Assembly: GCF_000143415.4 (NCBI RefSeq)
Contig: NW_003314274.1
Coordinates: 2,276,623-2,340,622, forward strand
Length of the DNA: 64,000 nucleotides
Direction: 5' to 3'
Origin: Selaginella moellendorffii
Lineage: Eukaryota; Plantae; Lycopodiophyta
This document shows, one piece after another, positions 35,146 through 48,478 of this stretch. Position 1 is the first letter of the stretch. Every line of letters begins with the position of its first letter. The notes under the pieces were generated by a model. The model worked only from the letters and a program-made list of their open reading frames with translations, was not told the DNA's origin and searched no databases. A program made the translations under genes and the position numbers.

Positions 35146-38100
35146 ATGGCAGCAGCGGCATCGGCCAGGTTTTGCAGACAAGCGCTCCCCAGCTTGTGCG
35201 ATAATGCTGCCAATGGTTTCAGATGGGAGCGTGTGGGCGGCGCTGCCCTCCTCCTCTTCCTCGTCCCTGGCCGTCGCTGCGATACTCTCGGCAATCTTCT
35301 CGCATCGCTACTTCACCATGCTATGCTCAACCCTTGGGATAGGAGTCGTATCGTCGTCCGTGACTTAGAACAGGGAAGAGATTCCGACGCGCGTGGCGCT
35401 TGTACAGAGAAGGGGAAGGAAACGAATTTGTTGGATGGGATCAGTGCTGGAGGAGAATGTCCGATGATGGAGATCGCTACTCCCGATGATACAGAACCGG
35501 GCCAAAATGCGGGGCCGTCGCCCCCAGGTGAAGAAGACCAGCATGGCGACGAAGCTTGCGGTGTCTTCGCCCAGCACTGTACTTATCTCGCGGATCTTCG
35601 CCATCACTCGCTTCAAGCTTTGATCTCTTTCGGCCCTCCCGACACCGGGCTCTTGTCAAAATGGAGGATGAAAGACCGGGTACGCTGCTTCGGTTAAGAA
35701 AAAAGCTTAATCGGTTTGTATCCTTTCCGTCTCTTGCGTTTCAGATGAAGACTGTATCTGTAGCACTGGTCGTATGTCTGAATATCGGAGTGGATCCACC
35801 TGATATAATCAAGGTATCACCATGCGCAAGGATGGAGTGCTGGATAGGTATTTCTTTCTTCTTTTACTTTGATGTTTTTGCTGTTCCTTGTGTTTGATGG
35901 CTGTTTCTGTTGATAGATCCGTCATCTCTGGCGCCTCAGAAGGCTCTTGATACAATTGGCAAAAATCTGCAATCGCAGTATGCGCTCTGGCAGCCGAGGG
36001 TATGGCTATGCATGTTTTGCATTGAAGGGTTAAGTTCCAATACTTCCATGCAGGCCCGCTACAAGCTAGCGCTGGATCCTACAGCTGACGAGGTGAAGAA
36101 GCTGTGCTCACAGTGCCGGAAAAATGCGAAGTCGGACAGGGTCTTGTTTCACTACAACGGGCATGGTGTGCCTAAACCCACTGTCAATGGCGAGCTCTGG
36201 TTTTTCAACAAGGTAGGCGTGACGTAGCTGTTGCTCCTGGCTGGTTGATGGATGAAGCTCTTCTGTCACAGAGCTATACGCAATATATACCGCTCTCGGT
36301 TTATGAGCTGGAGTCTTGGCTTGGCGTACCGTCTATCTACGTTCTTGATTGCTCGGGCGCTGGTGTCGTTGTCAATGCATTTATCGAGGTAGAAAGGTTT
36401 GTCTTGACTGATTTGTTTTTCCGTGACATTTCTGTATGTATAGAGACCCGATTGGGCACTTGGGAGTTCATCAGTTTCGGCAAAAGACTGCATATTGCTT
36501 GCAGCCTGTAGAGCAACTGAAATGCTTCCGCAGAGTTCGGGAATGCCTGCCGACGTGTTCACAGCATGTTTAACGACTCCAATCAAAATGGCGTTGAGAT
36601 GGTATTGCCTATGATTTCAGTTGGATTGCTTATACGTCTTCCATGCAGGTTTTGTTCGCGGTCTTTACTTGAGTTCGACCCTGAGCTGATTGACAAGATC
36701 CCTGGAAGTCAGAACGATCGGAAGACCCTCCTTGGAGAACTAAATTGGATCTTTACGGCAATCACCGATACCATAGCATGGAATGTGCTTCCTCCAGGTG
36801 CAAATCTCACTCTATATGTTTTGTTGTGTGTACTGATTTAGAATGTATGCAGACCTGTTTCAACGATTGTTTCGACAGGACCTTTTGGTGGCTACCCTCT
36901 TCCGAAACTTTTTACTGGCAGAACGGATTATGCGATCCGTGAACTGCTCTCCTGCTTGTTACCCATGCTTGCCTTTGACACATCAGCACTCAATGTGGTA
37001 AGCAAGCATACTGAATCTTATGTGGACTTGAACGCTGACGTTTCTTAACAAGGTTTGCATGGGATATGGCTGCGGAAACCTGTCTTTCGCAACTTCCCTC
37101 TTTAGTCAAAGATCCAAATGCTGAATTTCAGGTATTGAGCATTATCCTTGTGAAAAAAGCTGAAAACGTGTCCTGCGCAGCCGAGTCCATTTTTTACGGA
37201 TCAGTTGACAGCGTTCGAAGTATGGCTTGAGCACGGATCAGCGAGTAAAAGACCACCAGAGCAGCTTCCAATAGTTCTTCAGGCAATTGTCCACGTTGCT
37301 TATCCTAAGCCTTTTTTGTGTTTTCAACAGGTTCTTTTAAGTCAATCTCATCGTTTTCGGGCTTTGGTACTTTTAGGAAGGTTCTTGGATATGGGGGCAT
37401 GGGCTGTGAACCTGGTATGTATATGTTTAATTTCTTTTGTTTGTGTATAAATCCCTTGATTGATTTTATTTTCGTTTTCAGGCTCTTTCGGTTGGCATTT
37501 TCCCTTACGTGCTTAAGCTGCTTCTGACAACCGCCACTGAACTTCGGCAAATTTTACTATTTATTTGGGCCAAAATTCTTGCCCATGACAAGGTAATGGC
37601 ATTACTGAGCAGTAGATTGCATCCTGCTTCTTGAACTGTTTTGCAGTCCTGTCAAGTTGATCTGGTTAAAGATGGTGGGCACAAATATTTTATCAGATTC
37701 CTGGACAGTCCAGACGTGTACGCTGAACAACAGGCAATGGCAGCTTTCGTTTTATCAGTTATTATCGATGGACTTCCTCGGGGCCAAATTGAATGCTTTC
37801 AATCTGGATTGATCGACATTTGCTTGAGACATATCGTTCCTGCACGTGGAGAACCGTTGCTCATGCAGTGGTTGTGCCTGTGTGTTGGTAAGATCTGGGA
37901 TGGTTTCGCCAAAGCACAGCTGCTAGCTCTTCACACAAATGCGTCTTCCACGCTAGCACAACTCCTGTCCGAGCCTCAACCAGAGGTATACATTGGAAAA
38001 GCTGACTTTGTCTGACTTTATAATTTTCACAGGTTCGTGCCGCAGCAGCTTATGCTCTGGGAACGATAATAAAGGCTAAGAGCGTTAACGAAGAGGATTC

Positions 38101-40525
38101 GGCCCTTGATGACGACGACGAAGAGGCTAGGCTTAGAATGGAACAGGATGTTATGAAGACATTGTTGAAAGTAGTAAACGACGGGAGTCCTCTCGTTCGG
38201 GCTGAACTTGCCATTGGTAAGGATTTTTCTATCTCTTTTCCTCACTAACATTGCAATTTGTATCCTCACTAACGTTGCAATTTGTATTTCAGCGTTGGCC
38301 AGATTAACTGTCAGACATGACCAGAATCTGCGATTTGCTGCCGCAGCGTACTTAAAGCCTCCGTCGAACCCCGGAATCATGGCTTTGGCAGGATTGAATT
38401 CCAACAGAACTCCGACGAGCAGTGTAAATATTTCCGGTCAGTTTTTCTTCTCTGGAAATGCTCGTGGTACCGCTTCGGCTCCTGCTTCACCGGAAGGTTT
38501 CAACTTCGTCGAGAATGAACTTATCAATGGGTTGATGCGGCCAAGAAGACTGCAAATGGAAGAGAGTGGCGTTTACGTTCGGTGCGTGGCAGCTGCTTAT
38601 TCCCTGGTAAGGGATCCTTGCCCGTGGGTTGCTAAACTCGGCCACGAAGTTTTGAGGAGAATAGGTGTCGAAGCGTACGTCATGCAGACAGGCAAAACTC
38701 TCAAGTCCGGAGCCAAACAAGCCACCAGTGCTTTTCCACGTTCTTCTTCCTGGTTTGACAGCAATATAGGTGAGCAGGGTCACATGTTGTTACTTTTTAC
38801 TGAGTCTTCGCCGATTTTGCAGGAAGTTTAACAATGCCATTCAGAGGTGCTTCCAGTTCTGCTAGTCCTCCGTCTAATTTGCTTTCGGGAAGTCCAATGA
38901 ACATGAGACGCGTACCTTCTCTCGAGTTTCCTTCGGAAAGTGATTCCGGACTTGGTTCATCTCAAGTTCCCGCTTCGGACGATTTCAAAGAACTTCCAGA
39001 GTCTGTTTTATACAGGTGGAGCTGCGGGCATTTTGCTCGGCCTTTACTCGAGACTTCCCACGACGAGGAGGAAACGGCATTAATTGCCAGAGAAGCAAGG
39101 GAAAGGACTGCTTTAGAAGGAGCATCCAAATGCCGACATTCGAGTGAGTTTGAAACAGATTTCATCAGTTTTAATTTGGTATATGGTTTCTGCAGCTGTC
39201 AACGTAGTGACGTACCAAATGGCAACATGGGATATGAATTCTGAGTACGGTACCAAGGCTGTTCTCCTCCATCCATTTCTTCCGCTTGCTTGTACCGCAG
39301 ATGACAATGAAACTATCAGGTGAGCATTGGTTGGAATTCTGAACTGGCATTTATGTTATGAAAGCAGAATTTGGAGTCACGAAGATGGATCTTTACTAAA
39401 CGACTTTCACAATCACGAGTCGCATAGTAAGGGTTTTTCTCGGCTTTGCTTAATCAACGAGCTTGATGAGAGCTTGCTACTCGCAGCATCAAGTAGGATG
39501 AAATCACCGTGATTTTTTCTCGAACTGAAGTGTGCAATTCTCAGGCGACGGAAGCGTTCGAGTGTGGAGAGATTACCTTGTGAAAGGTGAACAGCAGCTT
39601 GCAACTGCTTGGCAGGCCATACAGGGTCACAGGCCTGGCGCTCGAGGAATTAACGCAGTTGTGGAATGGCAGCAATCGACTGGATATCTGGTATGCACTG
39701 CGTCCTTTAAATAGACATTACGATGGTCCTTGCAGTACGCGTCTGGAGATATTTCGTCGATCATGATATGGGACGTTGATGCCGAAACACTCGTGTTAAG
39801 GCTGCCTTCTCAACCCGATACAAGTGTTTCTGCGATGGTAAGACCGTGTTGCTAACTTATTCGCTTAGTTTTTAAGAAGTTCGTGTTCTAGGCTGCCTCG
39901 CTGATCCATAATGGCCTTTTTCTGGCGGGTTGTGGAAACGGGTCTTTCATGATGTTTGATGTTCGGAAGCAAGACAAGTAAGCTGTTTTTGGATTATTCC
40001 GATTGTGAGTTAACTGTGTCTTGACAGGCAAGTGTTCTCCCAGAAGGCGCATTTCCAGAGAGTCGCGGGCATAGATTTTGTCCAGTCAGGAATAGACACA
40101 ACCGAGGTCTGGATAATCTGTCGCTCACACTCCTCAAGAATCCGTGACACGGATATCCTTTGCAGGTGGTCTCTGCATCTCAAGCCGGGGACATAAAAAT
40201 ATACGACGTCCGCAAGCTGGACCTCCCGGTCGTGAGTGTCGAGGCTCACAAGGGGCACTTAACGTCGCTGGCAGCGCACCGCTACGCGCCAGTCCTTGCC
40301 AGCGGCTCCTCCAAGCAGTCCATCAAAGTTTTCAGCGCGACCAGTGGCGACCAACTTAGCATGATACGCTACCACCAGAGCATCTTTGGGAAGAGTATCG
40401 GCCCCGTGAGCTGCTTGTCGTTTCACCCGTACAGCGTTCTCCTAGCTGCTGGTGCTTCCACAGACTCCATCGTTTCCATTTACGCCGAGGACGGTGCTGC
40501 CGCTAGTAACTCGTCCACCTCTTGA
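35146..40525 (+). CDS. RAPTOR: Regulatory-associated protein of TOR (RNC, HEAT, WD40), multi-exon; start codon uncertain
   Basis: KWRMKDR|[68 protein letters not shown]-terminal WD40 ([11 protein letters not shown]). Confidence 0.96.
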
Positions 40526-41433
40526 GGCCAGGCAGGGAGGAAAAGAGCGGCAAATGGCGCTCCTTTCTTTGTACAGAGTCTCTGCTCGCGCGGCCGCTCG
40601 CTCCTGCCGCTCCGAGCGTGACTTGTATTATAATTGCGAAGGTATACCAGCTGCTCATTTGATACCTGCTGTTGGTTTTTTCTTTAAATCCTTGACTTAC
40701 TGAGAGTTTGATTCCACAATAAAACAGGTTTACTACTACTATATGCTCTACTTCTACTCGCTCGTTCTACCTCGGTGGCTGCGGTCTTTAAATAGTCTAA
40801 AGTTGACCCAGCATTTAATACCAGCACCAGCAAACTAGGCTCTTCTTCTGGGAAACTTTGGGAAAGATAAGAAGACCATCTCTTTCTTTCTCTCATCTTA
40901 ATCTTCAGCGGTCACGAACGACGACGGGACCGAGTCCAGCTCTTGGTCACTTGCTGCTGCTACAAGTATAATGTGACTACGAGGAGACTGTGACTTAAGT
41001 TTTTGCTCCGGTCAACAGCAAGGTGCAGCATGGGTAGTGCATGATCAGCCAAGGTTGGTGACTGAGAGGAGCATAAGACAAAGACTTAGCCGGGGGTGTT
41101 TTGTCATCTCTCTCCTTCCAGAGATGGTATAAATATGCTCCTTCTATCGAGCTGGCTTGGGGGCACGACGAGCAGAGAAGAAGATATCCGATCTTGTGAA
41201 GCAAAGTTTTGACAGGGACTTTTTGAAAAGCTCTATGCTGCTCGTGAAGTGATCGGTATCAAGAAGATCTTGTCTCGTGGAAGAAGAAGAAGCCGCCTCT
41301 CTGAAGAGAAGGGACTCTTTTAAGTTCCCGGCTATTCGAGGAAGAAGAAGGCGGGATGGTAATCTCCAGCAACAGAAATCAGCAGTGAGAGAACTTCGAC
41401 TTCAGGGTCAGTCTTGTCAAGGGGAACCGAGAA

Positions 41434-44121
41434 ATGGAGCGAGCTGGTTCCGACGGGGTGATTTTCGCGAGCAAGTTTAGTACCGTTCCTGCTGCTGGTG
41501 ATGGAATTGGAAGGGCGTCAACCGCCAACAGCAATGGTGTTGGTGCTAGCCCCCTTACGAGAACAGTGTGGAGGGCGCTCACAAAGCAGTCCAATGTCCA
41601 AGACTTCGTTGCAAAACTTACATGGACGGATTTAAGCGTCAACGTGTTGACGGACAAGGGAGCTTGCCGCACTGTTCTGGATAGTCTCACAGGCTTTGCG
41701 GAGCCCGGATCGCTGACCGTAGTCATGGGTCCTTCCGGATGCGGCAAATCAACTCTGCTGGATGCTTTAGCTGGTGAGTGGAAACTTGTTTTGAATTCGG
41801 TCTGTGTGTCTCACAAAAAAGCTCTTTTTTCGTTCTTTCTCAGGACGACTGGCCAAGAACGCTATTCAAACTGGAGACATTCTTCTCAACGGGCACAAAA
41901 GGAAGCTGTCATACGGGATTGCTGTGAGTTTTTTATTGTTTCTAAAGTTTTCTCTTCAATGTGCTAGATTTCTGCTGACAAACAGGCATACGTTACTCAA
42001 GATGACACGCTCATTTCTACACTCACCGTGCGAGAGACAATCTTCTACACATCCAGGCTCCGCCTTCCAGACGCAATGCCAAATTCGGAGAAGCAAGCAA
42101 TTGTTGAGAGGGTGATAATAGAGATGGGACTACAAGACTGTGCGAACACACCGGTTGGAAACTGGCATTTAAGAGGACTGAGTGGTGGCGAGAAGAGGAG
42201 GCTGAGTATAGCAGTGGAAATACTCACTCGTCCGAGGCTACTCTTTCTAGACGAGCCGACCAGTGGCCTGGACAGTGCTTCAGCTTTCTTCGTAACAAGG
42301 ACCCTTCGAAGGCTTGCTAGGGACAAGAGGACCGTGATTTGTTCCGTACATCAGCCCAGCAGCGAAGTTTTCCAGCTCTTTGACAATCTTCTTTTGTTAT
42401 CAAACGGAAGAACTGTCTACTTTGGTCCGGCTGTCAATGCACAGCAAGTACGTATGCGCCAGTAGTCTTTCTCATCTTTTTAGTTTTCTTTTTGAATTGG
42501 TGCTTCGTGCAGCACTTTGCGAGTGTTGGATTTCCTTGCCCCCCGATGCGCAATCCTTCGGACCATTTTCTTAAAGCCATCAACGCGGATTTCGACAGAG
42601 TAAACGAATCGTTGAAGGAGTCCTGCCTCCCACACGAGGTAAGCATGCCTCCATGTCACATTCTCAACCAAATCCTTTCAAAATATTACCCACTCGTGAG
42701 TTGTTAACTTTGCCTTTTTCCCGTTCCAGGATGAGGAATCTGCCGATGTGTTTGAAACAACCACCACAGCCGAAGTGATCTCCGCTCTTCTCACAGCCTA
42801 CGAATCCTCCGAGCAAGCCCAGTCTGTGATGGAACGGGTGGAAATAATGACCTTAGTGGTAAGTGAGTGGCTCACTTATTCCCTGGTTTACTCGACTAAC
42901 AGTTTTATTTTGTTTTCTATCGATTGATAGAAAGGAGATTTTCTGGAGTCCAGTGGAAGCCAAGCGAGTTTCTGGATGCAGTGTGCTACTCTCACACGAA
43001 GGTCTTTCACCAACATGTCCAGGGACATGGGATATTATTGGCTCCGAGTTCTTGTCTACATACTACTGGCGATCTGCGTTGGAACCATCTTCTACCGGGT
43101 TGGAACAAGCTACGACTCTATATTCGTGAGTAAAAAACACACAGTTTGTTTCCTTTTTCTAACGGGGATGGAACAACTTTTCCAGGCTAGAGGCTCCTGC
43201 ATGGGCTACCTGTGGGGATTCTTGACGTTCATGGCAATCGGAGGCTTTCCATCTTTCGTAGAAGACATGAAGGTCTGTGAAGCTTAAGCACTCCCAGAAG
43301 GCCTCATACTTTTTGGTTGTTCCAGGTGTTCCATCGAGAAAGATTGAATGGCCACTATGGAGTCGTCGCTTTCGTTGTTGGAAACACCCTGTCTTCTATC
43401 CCGTTCCTGCTCCTCATGTCGCTAACTTCCGGCGCCATCACTTACTACCTCGTTCAACTCCATCCGGGCGTCACTCACTTCCTCTATTTTGTTCTGGGCT
43501 TAGCGACGTGTGTGACGCTAGTGGAGGGGCTGATGATGGCCGTCGCGAGTGTAGTTCCAAATTACCTCATGGGGATCATTGTGGGAGCAGCAGTCCAGGT
43601 CAGAAAAATCACATCAAACTTTTGTCCCTGCTCATCCTTTATGCGCTTTTGTCCTTCCAGGCCGTTCTCATGCTAACTGGAGGCTTCTTCCGTCTACTAA
43701 GCGATTTGCCTAAGCCTGTGTGGCGATACCCAATCTCCTACTTAAGTTTCCACAGCTACGTTCTTCAGGTGAGGAGTTCTTTCCATTTTCCAGGCCCGGT
43801 TTCTAAAGTTTCTACTCGTTCTTCCAGGGAATGTATCAGAACGATTTCCTTGGCATCCAATTCGATAGCAAGTACCCGTTCCTCCCCAAGATCAATGGCC
43901 GAGACATCCTCATCAACAACGACGTGGATATGAGCCGGACAAAGTGGGACAACCTGGGCGTGCTGGTAGCCATGGTCGTGGGATACAGGCTCCTTTTTTT
44001 CGTGATGATCAAGCTCAGCGAGGACGTAGTTCCACACCTCCGAGCCTTGCGCGCCAAGCACAACGCGAAGAAGGCCACTGCTATAAACAGCCAGCCGGAT
44101 CCATCCTTCTCGCATGCGTGA
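41434..44121 (+). CDS. ABCG half-size transporter (ABCG11/12/15-like), spliced
   Basis: Walker [76 protein letters not shown]. Confidence 0.93.
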
Positions 44122-44866
44122 AAAAAGCTTTTGTTTCAGCTTCCTTGGTTGACCAATCTTCTCAAGGGAAAAAATTATTTGGAGGACGATACAAGTTGTG
44201 CTTAACAATAAAAAGTAAAAAGACTTTAAAAAATGGAAATTCAAATGGCTTGCTTAATCATGAGATCCCAGCTCCACAACATGGATCAATACTTTTTTGC
44301 TAATTATAGTCTTATTGCATAGCTATGAGGATCATCCTTTGCACACGTGCACTTCAAGGACTATGCTTTAAGGTCTTCCTGTCACTTTGCTTGATCCACT
44401 ATTCATTTATTCATATGGTCTCATGCTTCATGGTGGGCGGTGGGGGGTAAACAGTAGATCCTGACTTTGATAGAGTTTTCACCATGACCTGAGTAAGGAG
44501 TGTGATGTTGCAGGTAGCAAAAACAACAGAGCCACAAGCCAAAGCCAAGCCTAGCCGAACTCACCAAGGTGGACCTGAAAAAGATTTAGAAATGCTGTTT
44601 TTGCAGTTGTAGTTGCAATGCTCCCACCGTTGCTGTCCATATTGATCTTGGATGCCTCTGCTCCGTGCTCCATGTAATCTTGAAGTTTAAGCTCTATACT
44701 CCATGATGAAAATCTTTGCACTCTTATTGACAAGAAGCTTTCTTTTCCTTTCTTCGTCAATTTTAAACCAATATTTACAGGTTTTTTTAAGAAAATAAAA
44801 GTTTTGTAAGTGTTTCTTAAAGTGCCAAGCAAAACAAAGCTATTTGGAAGAAGGTGGCATAGCTTG

Positions 44867-45614
44867 ATGCCCGAGCTTGTGGGACAAATCCTTGGCAGAC
44901 TCCCACTTTTGAGGAAAGAAGCGGTGGACGAGCCCAGGTTCCGGAGGTGCCTCAGCTTGACGACGTTCCCGACTGTTTATGCGCCATAACTCGTCACAGG
45001 CTGGAAAACTCTACGTTGGGAATTCTTTTGTGTGGGAGGAAATCCCAACTTGGAATTCTGGGACATGCCAAGGCCCGTCCTCTTGGAGCAGCAGTACAAG
45101 ATCGTGGTGTGGTTGTGGGATGGTGATATCCACACCTTCACTCGTGGCCAAGCGGCAGTCGCTTCAGTGGGTGAACCATGGCCCGTCATAGAAAACAAGT
45201 TGGCTTCTTTGGCTTCCTTCCATACCCACTTGATCCAGTTTGATGTCGCAACCAACAGTTTGCATATACAAATCTACGTCTCAATGTCAACGCCGGTGAG
45301 GCCGTCTGCCTTGCTAGTTGGAGGGGAAGCCTCTCAACGTGGAACTCAAGTGTAAGTTTGTAATTGAGGAGATTTCTGTGGGAACTGGTGAGATGATAGT
45401 GCATGTGAGCACTTATTCCGTACCTCCTAGACCGGATTTATGTCTCTCCTTCCGTTGTCATACTGGTAACTATTTGAATTTTGAAGGACGTGGAAGGTAT
45501 CCTAGGTTCAATAAGTCATTCTGGTATGATCTAGATGCAGGTACTTGGACTGAAACAAATACAAGCCTTCCTTGGATGTGTAGGATTCCAGCTGATATAA
45601 AATACCAAATATAA
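44867..45614 (+). pseudogene. Degenerate F-box gene
   Basis: WHSLMPELVGQILGRLP F-box start, followed by stops and frameshifts; C-terminus WYDLDAGTWTE; paralog remnant at 12960-13300. Confidence 0.65.
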
Positions 45615-46101
45615 TTTCTATATCAACCACGTAAAAGGTTTGTAATCATTAATTTTGCTGCATATTAAAGGAAAAATCGGTCAACTCGAGATCTTGGCCA
45701 CTTACAATCCCCTCAAGAAAGGTAGTCTAGTCCCTCGAGCTCGTTGATATATTTTTGCGTTATCTGTTTTGACGTTGTTCGTCATCAGCTGCACCAGGAA
45801 CAAAACACGAAGTGAGGCTTTTTGGCAAGCTTTTCAAAAGCAAGTGGAGAAATTTTTCTTTCACACCTTGTGTAGGTGCAGGATCCCCTCGAGTATTCTA
45901 AGGAGGTGATCATTGACGCGGTTCCTCTCCACTGCTGGGATTGCTGTCAGTTCGAGTGCAAAGGTACTTGCGGTTTGGTTGTCTTTCCTTTGAGACAATG
46001 CGCAGGCGACAAGCTTGTTATCAACTGGATTAGCTCCTCCTGGAAAATTTTGTAAATCTTATCCGACTAAAACGAGTAATGTGTACCTTAGAGTTCCATT
46101 T

Positions 46102-48336
46102 TTAATCTTCCAGAAAATCAGTTGGTAGCAATGGAAGCTTGGAAACGCTCGTTCCACCTTGAACTCGGCCCTGAGATGATTCTTCCTTTGTATTGTTACT
46201 GCTCGAGGATTGCCGAGAACCTTGCTGTAGAAGTGGCAGGATTCTCAGCCGTACTTTGGGCTCAATGCCTGAAGTTTCCGATGCGAGCTGGTAGCTCTCG
46301 GCTAGACGTATCTGGAGTGCTGTGATTCCTGCGGACCTTGGAAGTAGCTCCACTGCTTGGCCTTTAGCAATGACAATTTGCTCAATTGCAAGCCTCGCTT
46401 CCTGTGTAAAATAGCAATCATGATTATTTGTAAACAGCAGTTATTCCAGAATTCGTACCTCTAGAGCGTCGATCTCATCCTCAACTTTAGATTTCCTGGT
46501 TGATGACGAAGTTCCTCTAAGCATTTCCATTTCCAGGACAGCTCTTGTTGCTCGGATCATTTGAGCTAGAGTGTTTGCCTATGAGATAAAAGCTGAAGTA
46601 CATAAAACATGCACATTTTAGTAGAGTTCACCTTGATTGCAAAGACTGGAAGTTGTCGAAACTTGGCAATGTTTCGCACCCATACATTCTCTCGCAGCTT
46701 TGACCGTAGCGTTAACACGGCGTCTGCTGCACCTATGTCAGAAGCAACACCGATTGTTTCTTCCAGTTCGAGAACCTCAATGGCCTGCTTGAGCAACTCC
46801 TCCGAAATCTGGAACAAAACATATAATGTTAAGCGAAAAACGTAATGTTCAGGTGTAGACAAACCTGGTATGGATACAAGGAAAAGAGTTTGCCCTCACT
46901 TCCATTGTCTTGGAGCTTCTTAAAAAAATCTTTGTCCTCATTCTCGATTTGATTCAATACCGGCAGTTCTTCTGGAGCAGTCCCTTCTTTGTCCTTCATG
47001 TTTCGAATTTCTATAGAAGGGGATCGTCCTGTATAATAGTATTACGTATTAGCTACCGTAAAGAGATTACAAAGATTATATTTACCAGCGAGAAGAGCGT
47101 CTATTGTTGCCGTCAAACTGTGATGTATTCTCCACTCAGTTCGAGAAGCCATTTCAATCGCAGTGCTAAAAGCGGGAGGTCCCTTCCTTTCCAAAACACT
47201 CTTTTGGACTCCCCTCCTGCGAGCTTCATCGTCACCCAGCGTCACACTCTATAACAAAACAAGATCCTCGCGTCATGGGAGCCATGCAATGCCACTTTGA
47301 CAGTACCTGAATGCCACCGACAAGAATTTCCAGCGAAGGATTCTTTATCAGATTCTCGACGCTGGTTCCATGAGCAGTAGCAACCAGCTGCACGCCTCGC
47401 TGGGCAATTGTCACCGCTGCTGCAGCCTCAAGCTCGGTACCGATCTCGTCAATCACGATCGTCTCCGGCATATGATTCTCCACAGCCTCGATCATTATCT
47501 ATGCAAAACCTTCTTGTGCTCTAGAAACAAACAATAATAAAGGACCCAAGACTTACCTTGTGCTGGAGACCAACGTTGGTGACTTGCATTCTTCTGGCAC
47601 GGCCGATTCCCGGGTGTGGGATATCTCCATCGCCAGCAATCTCATTCGAGGTGTCCACAATCACAACTCGACGATCGTAATCGTCGGCAAGCATCCGGGC
47701 CACCTCCCTGACTAGTGACGAAAGAGAAAGAGGGAAAAATCAAAACCATACATGCAAGGAAGAAAGAAAGAACAAGTACCTGATGGCCGTTGTCTTGCCC
47801 ACGCCAGGAGGTCCCATTAGCAGCAAAGAAGCTCCACTGCTCACGAGATCTCGAGCCATCTCGGCGCTTCCAGTCACGGCACGCCCCACTCTACAAGTGA
47901 GACCAACGATCCGGCCTCCGCGATTGCGAATCGCGCTAATCCGGTGGAGCGTCCGGTCGATTCCAGCGCGGTTATCATCCGCGAAATCCCCGACCTAGAG
48001 AATTATTTCAATCAATCACAAGACTTCTTGCTTCTTTGATCGATCGCGTACCATGCAAATCGCGTCCTCCAGGTCGGCGATTGTCACCGGCTCCTGCGAG
48101 ATGGACCAGTCCCCGCTCGGGAAGCGAGCGATCGGTCGGCGGCCAAGATCGAGAACAATCTCGACAATCTCCTCCAGCTGCGGGTGATTCTGGACGCTAC
48201 GCTCCAATCTCTCGGGAAGAACGCTGAGAAGCTGCTGGAGCTCGCATCGCCTGGAAAACACGGCGTGGGCATTTGCGGCAATGGCTGCATTGGCACAAGA
48301 GACATAGCCCCCAAACGAGAGACACAGAGCAGCCAT
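46102..48336 (-). CDS. Ycf45-like / SpoIIIAA-type AAA+ ATPase, probably plastid-targeted, spliced
   Basis: [82 protein letters not shown]3H-like ELLPRS...RLRI. Confidence 0.9.
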
Positions 48337-48362
48337 AGCCAAATCCCCTGTTTTTAGGGTTC

Positions 48363-48478
48363 TTGGCTATATTTAGGGCACTAGATGAAAGCGTATCACC
48401 TTTAAGGGTGAAATTTAAGGAATCTCTTGGCTTTATTTAGGGCACTAGATGACCTTTAAGGGGGAAATTTAAGGAATC
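48363..48478. repeat. Tandem duplication of an approximately 55-63 bp promoter segment
   Basis: cttggct(a/t)tatttagggcactagatga...cctttaaggg(t/g)gaaatttaaggaatc occurs twice. Confidence 0.8.
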
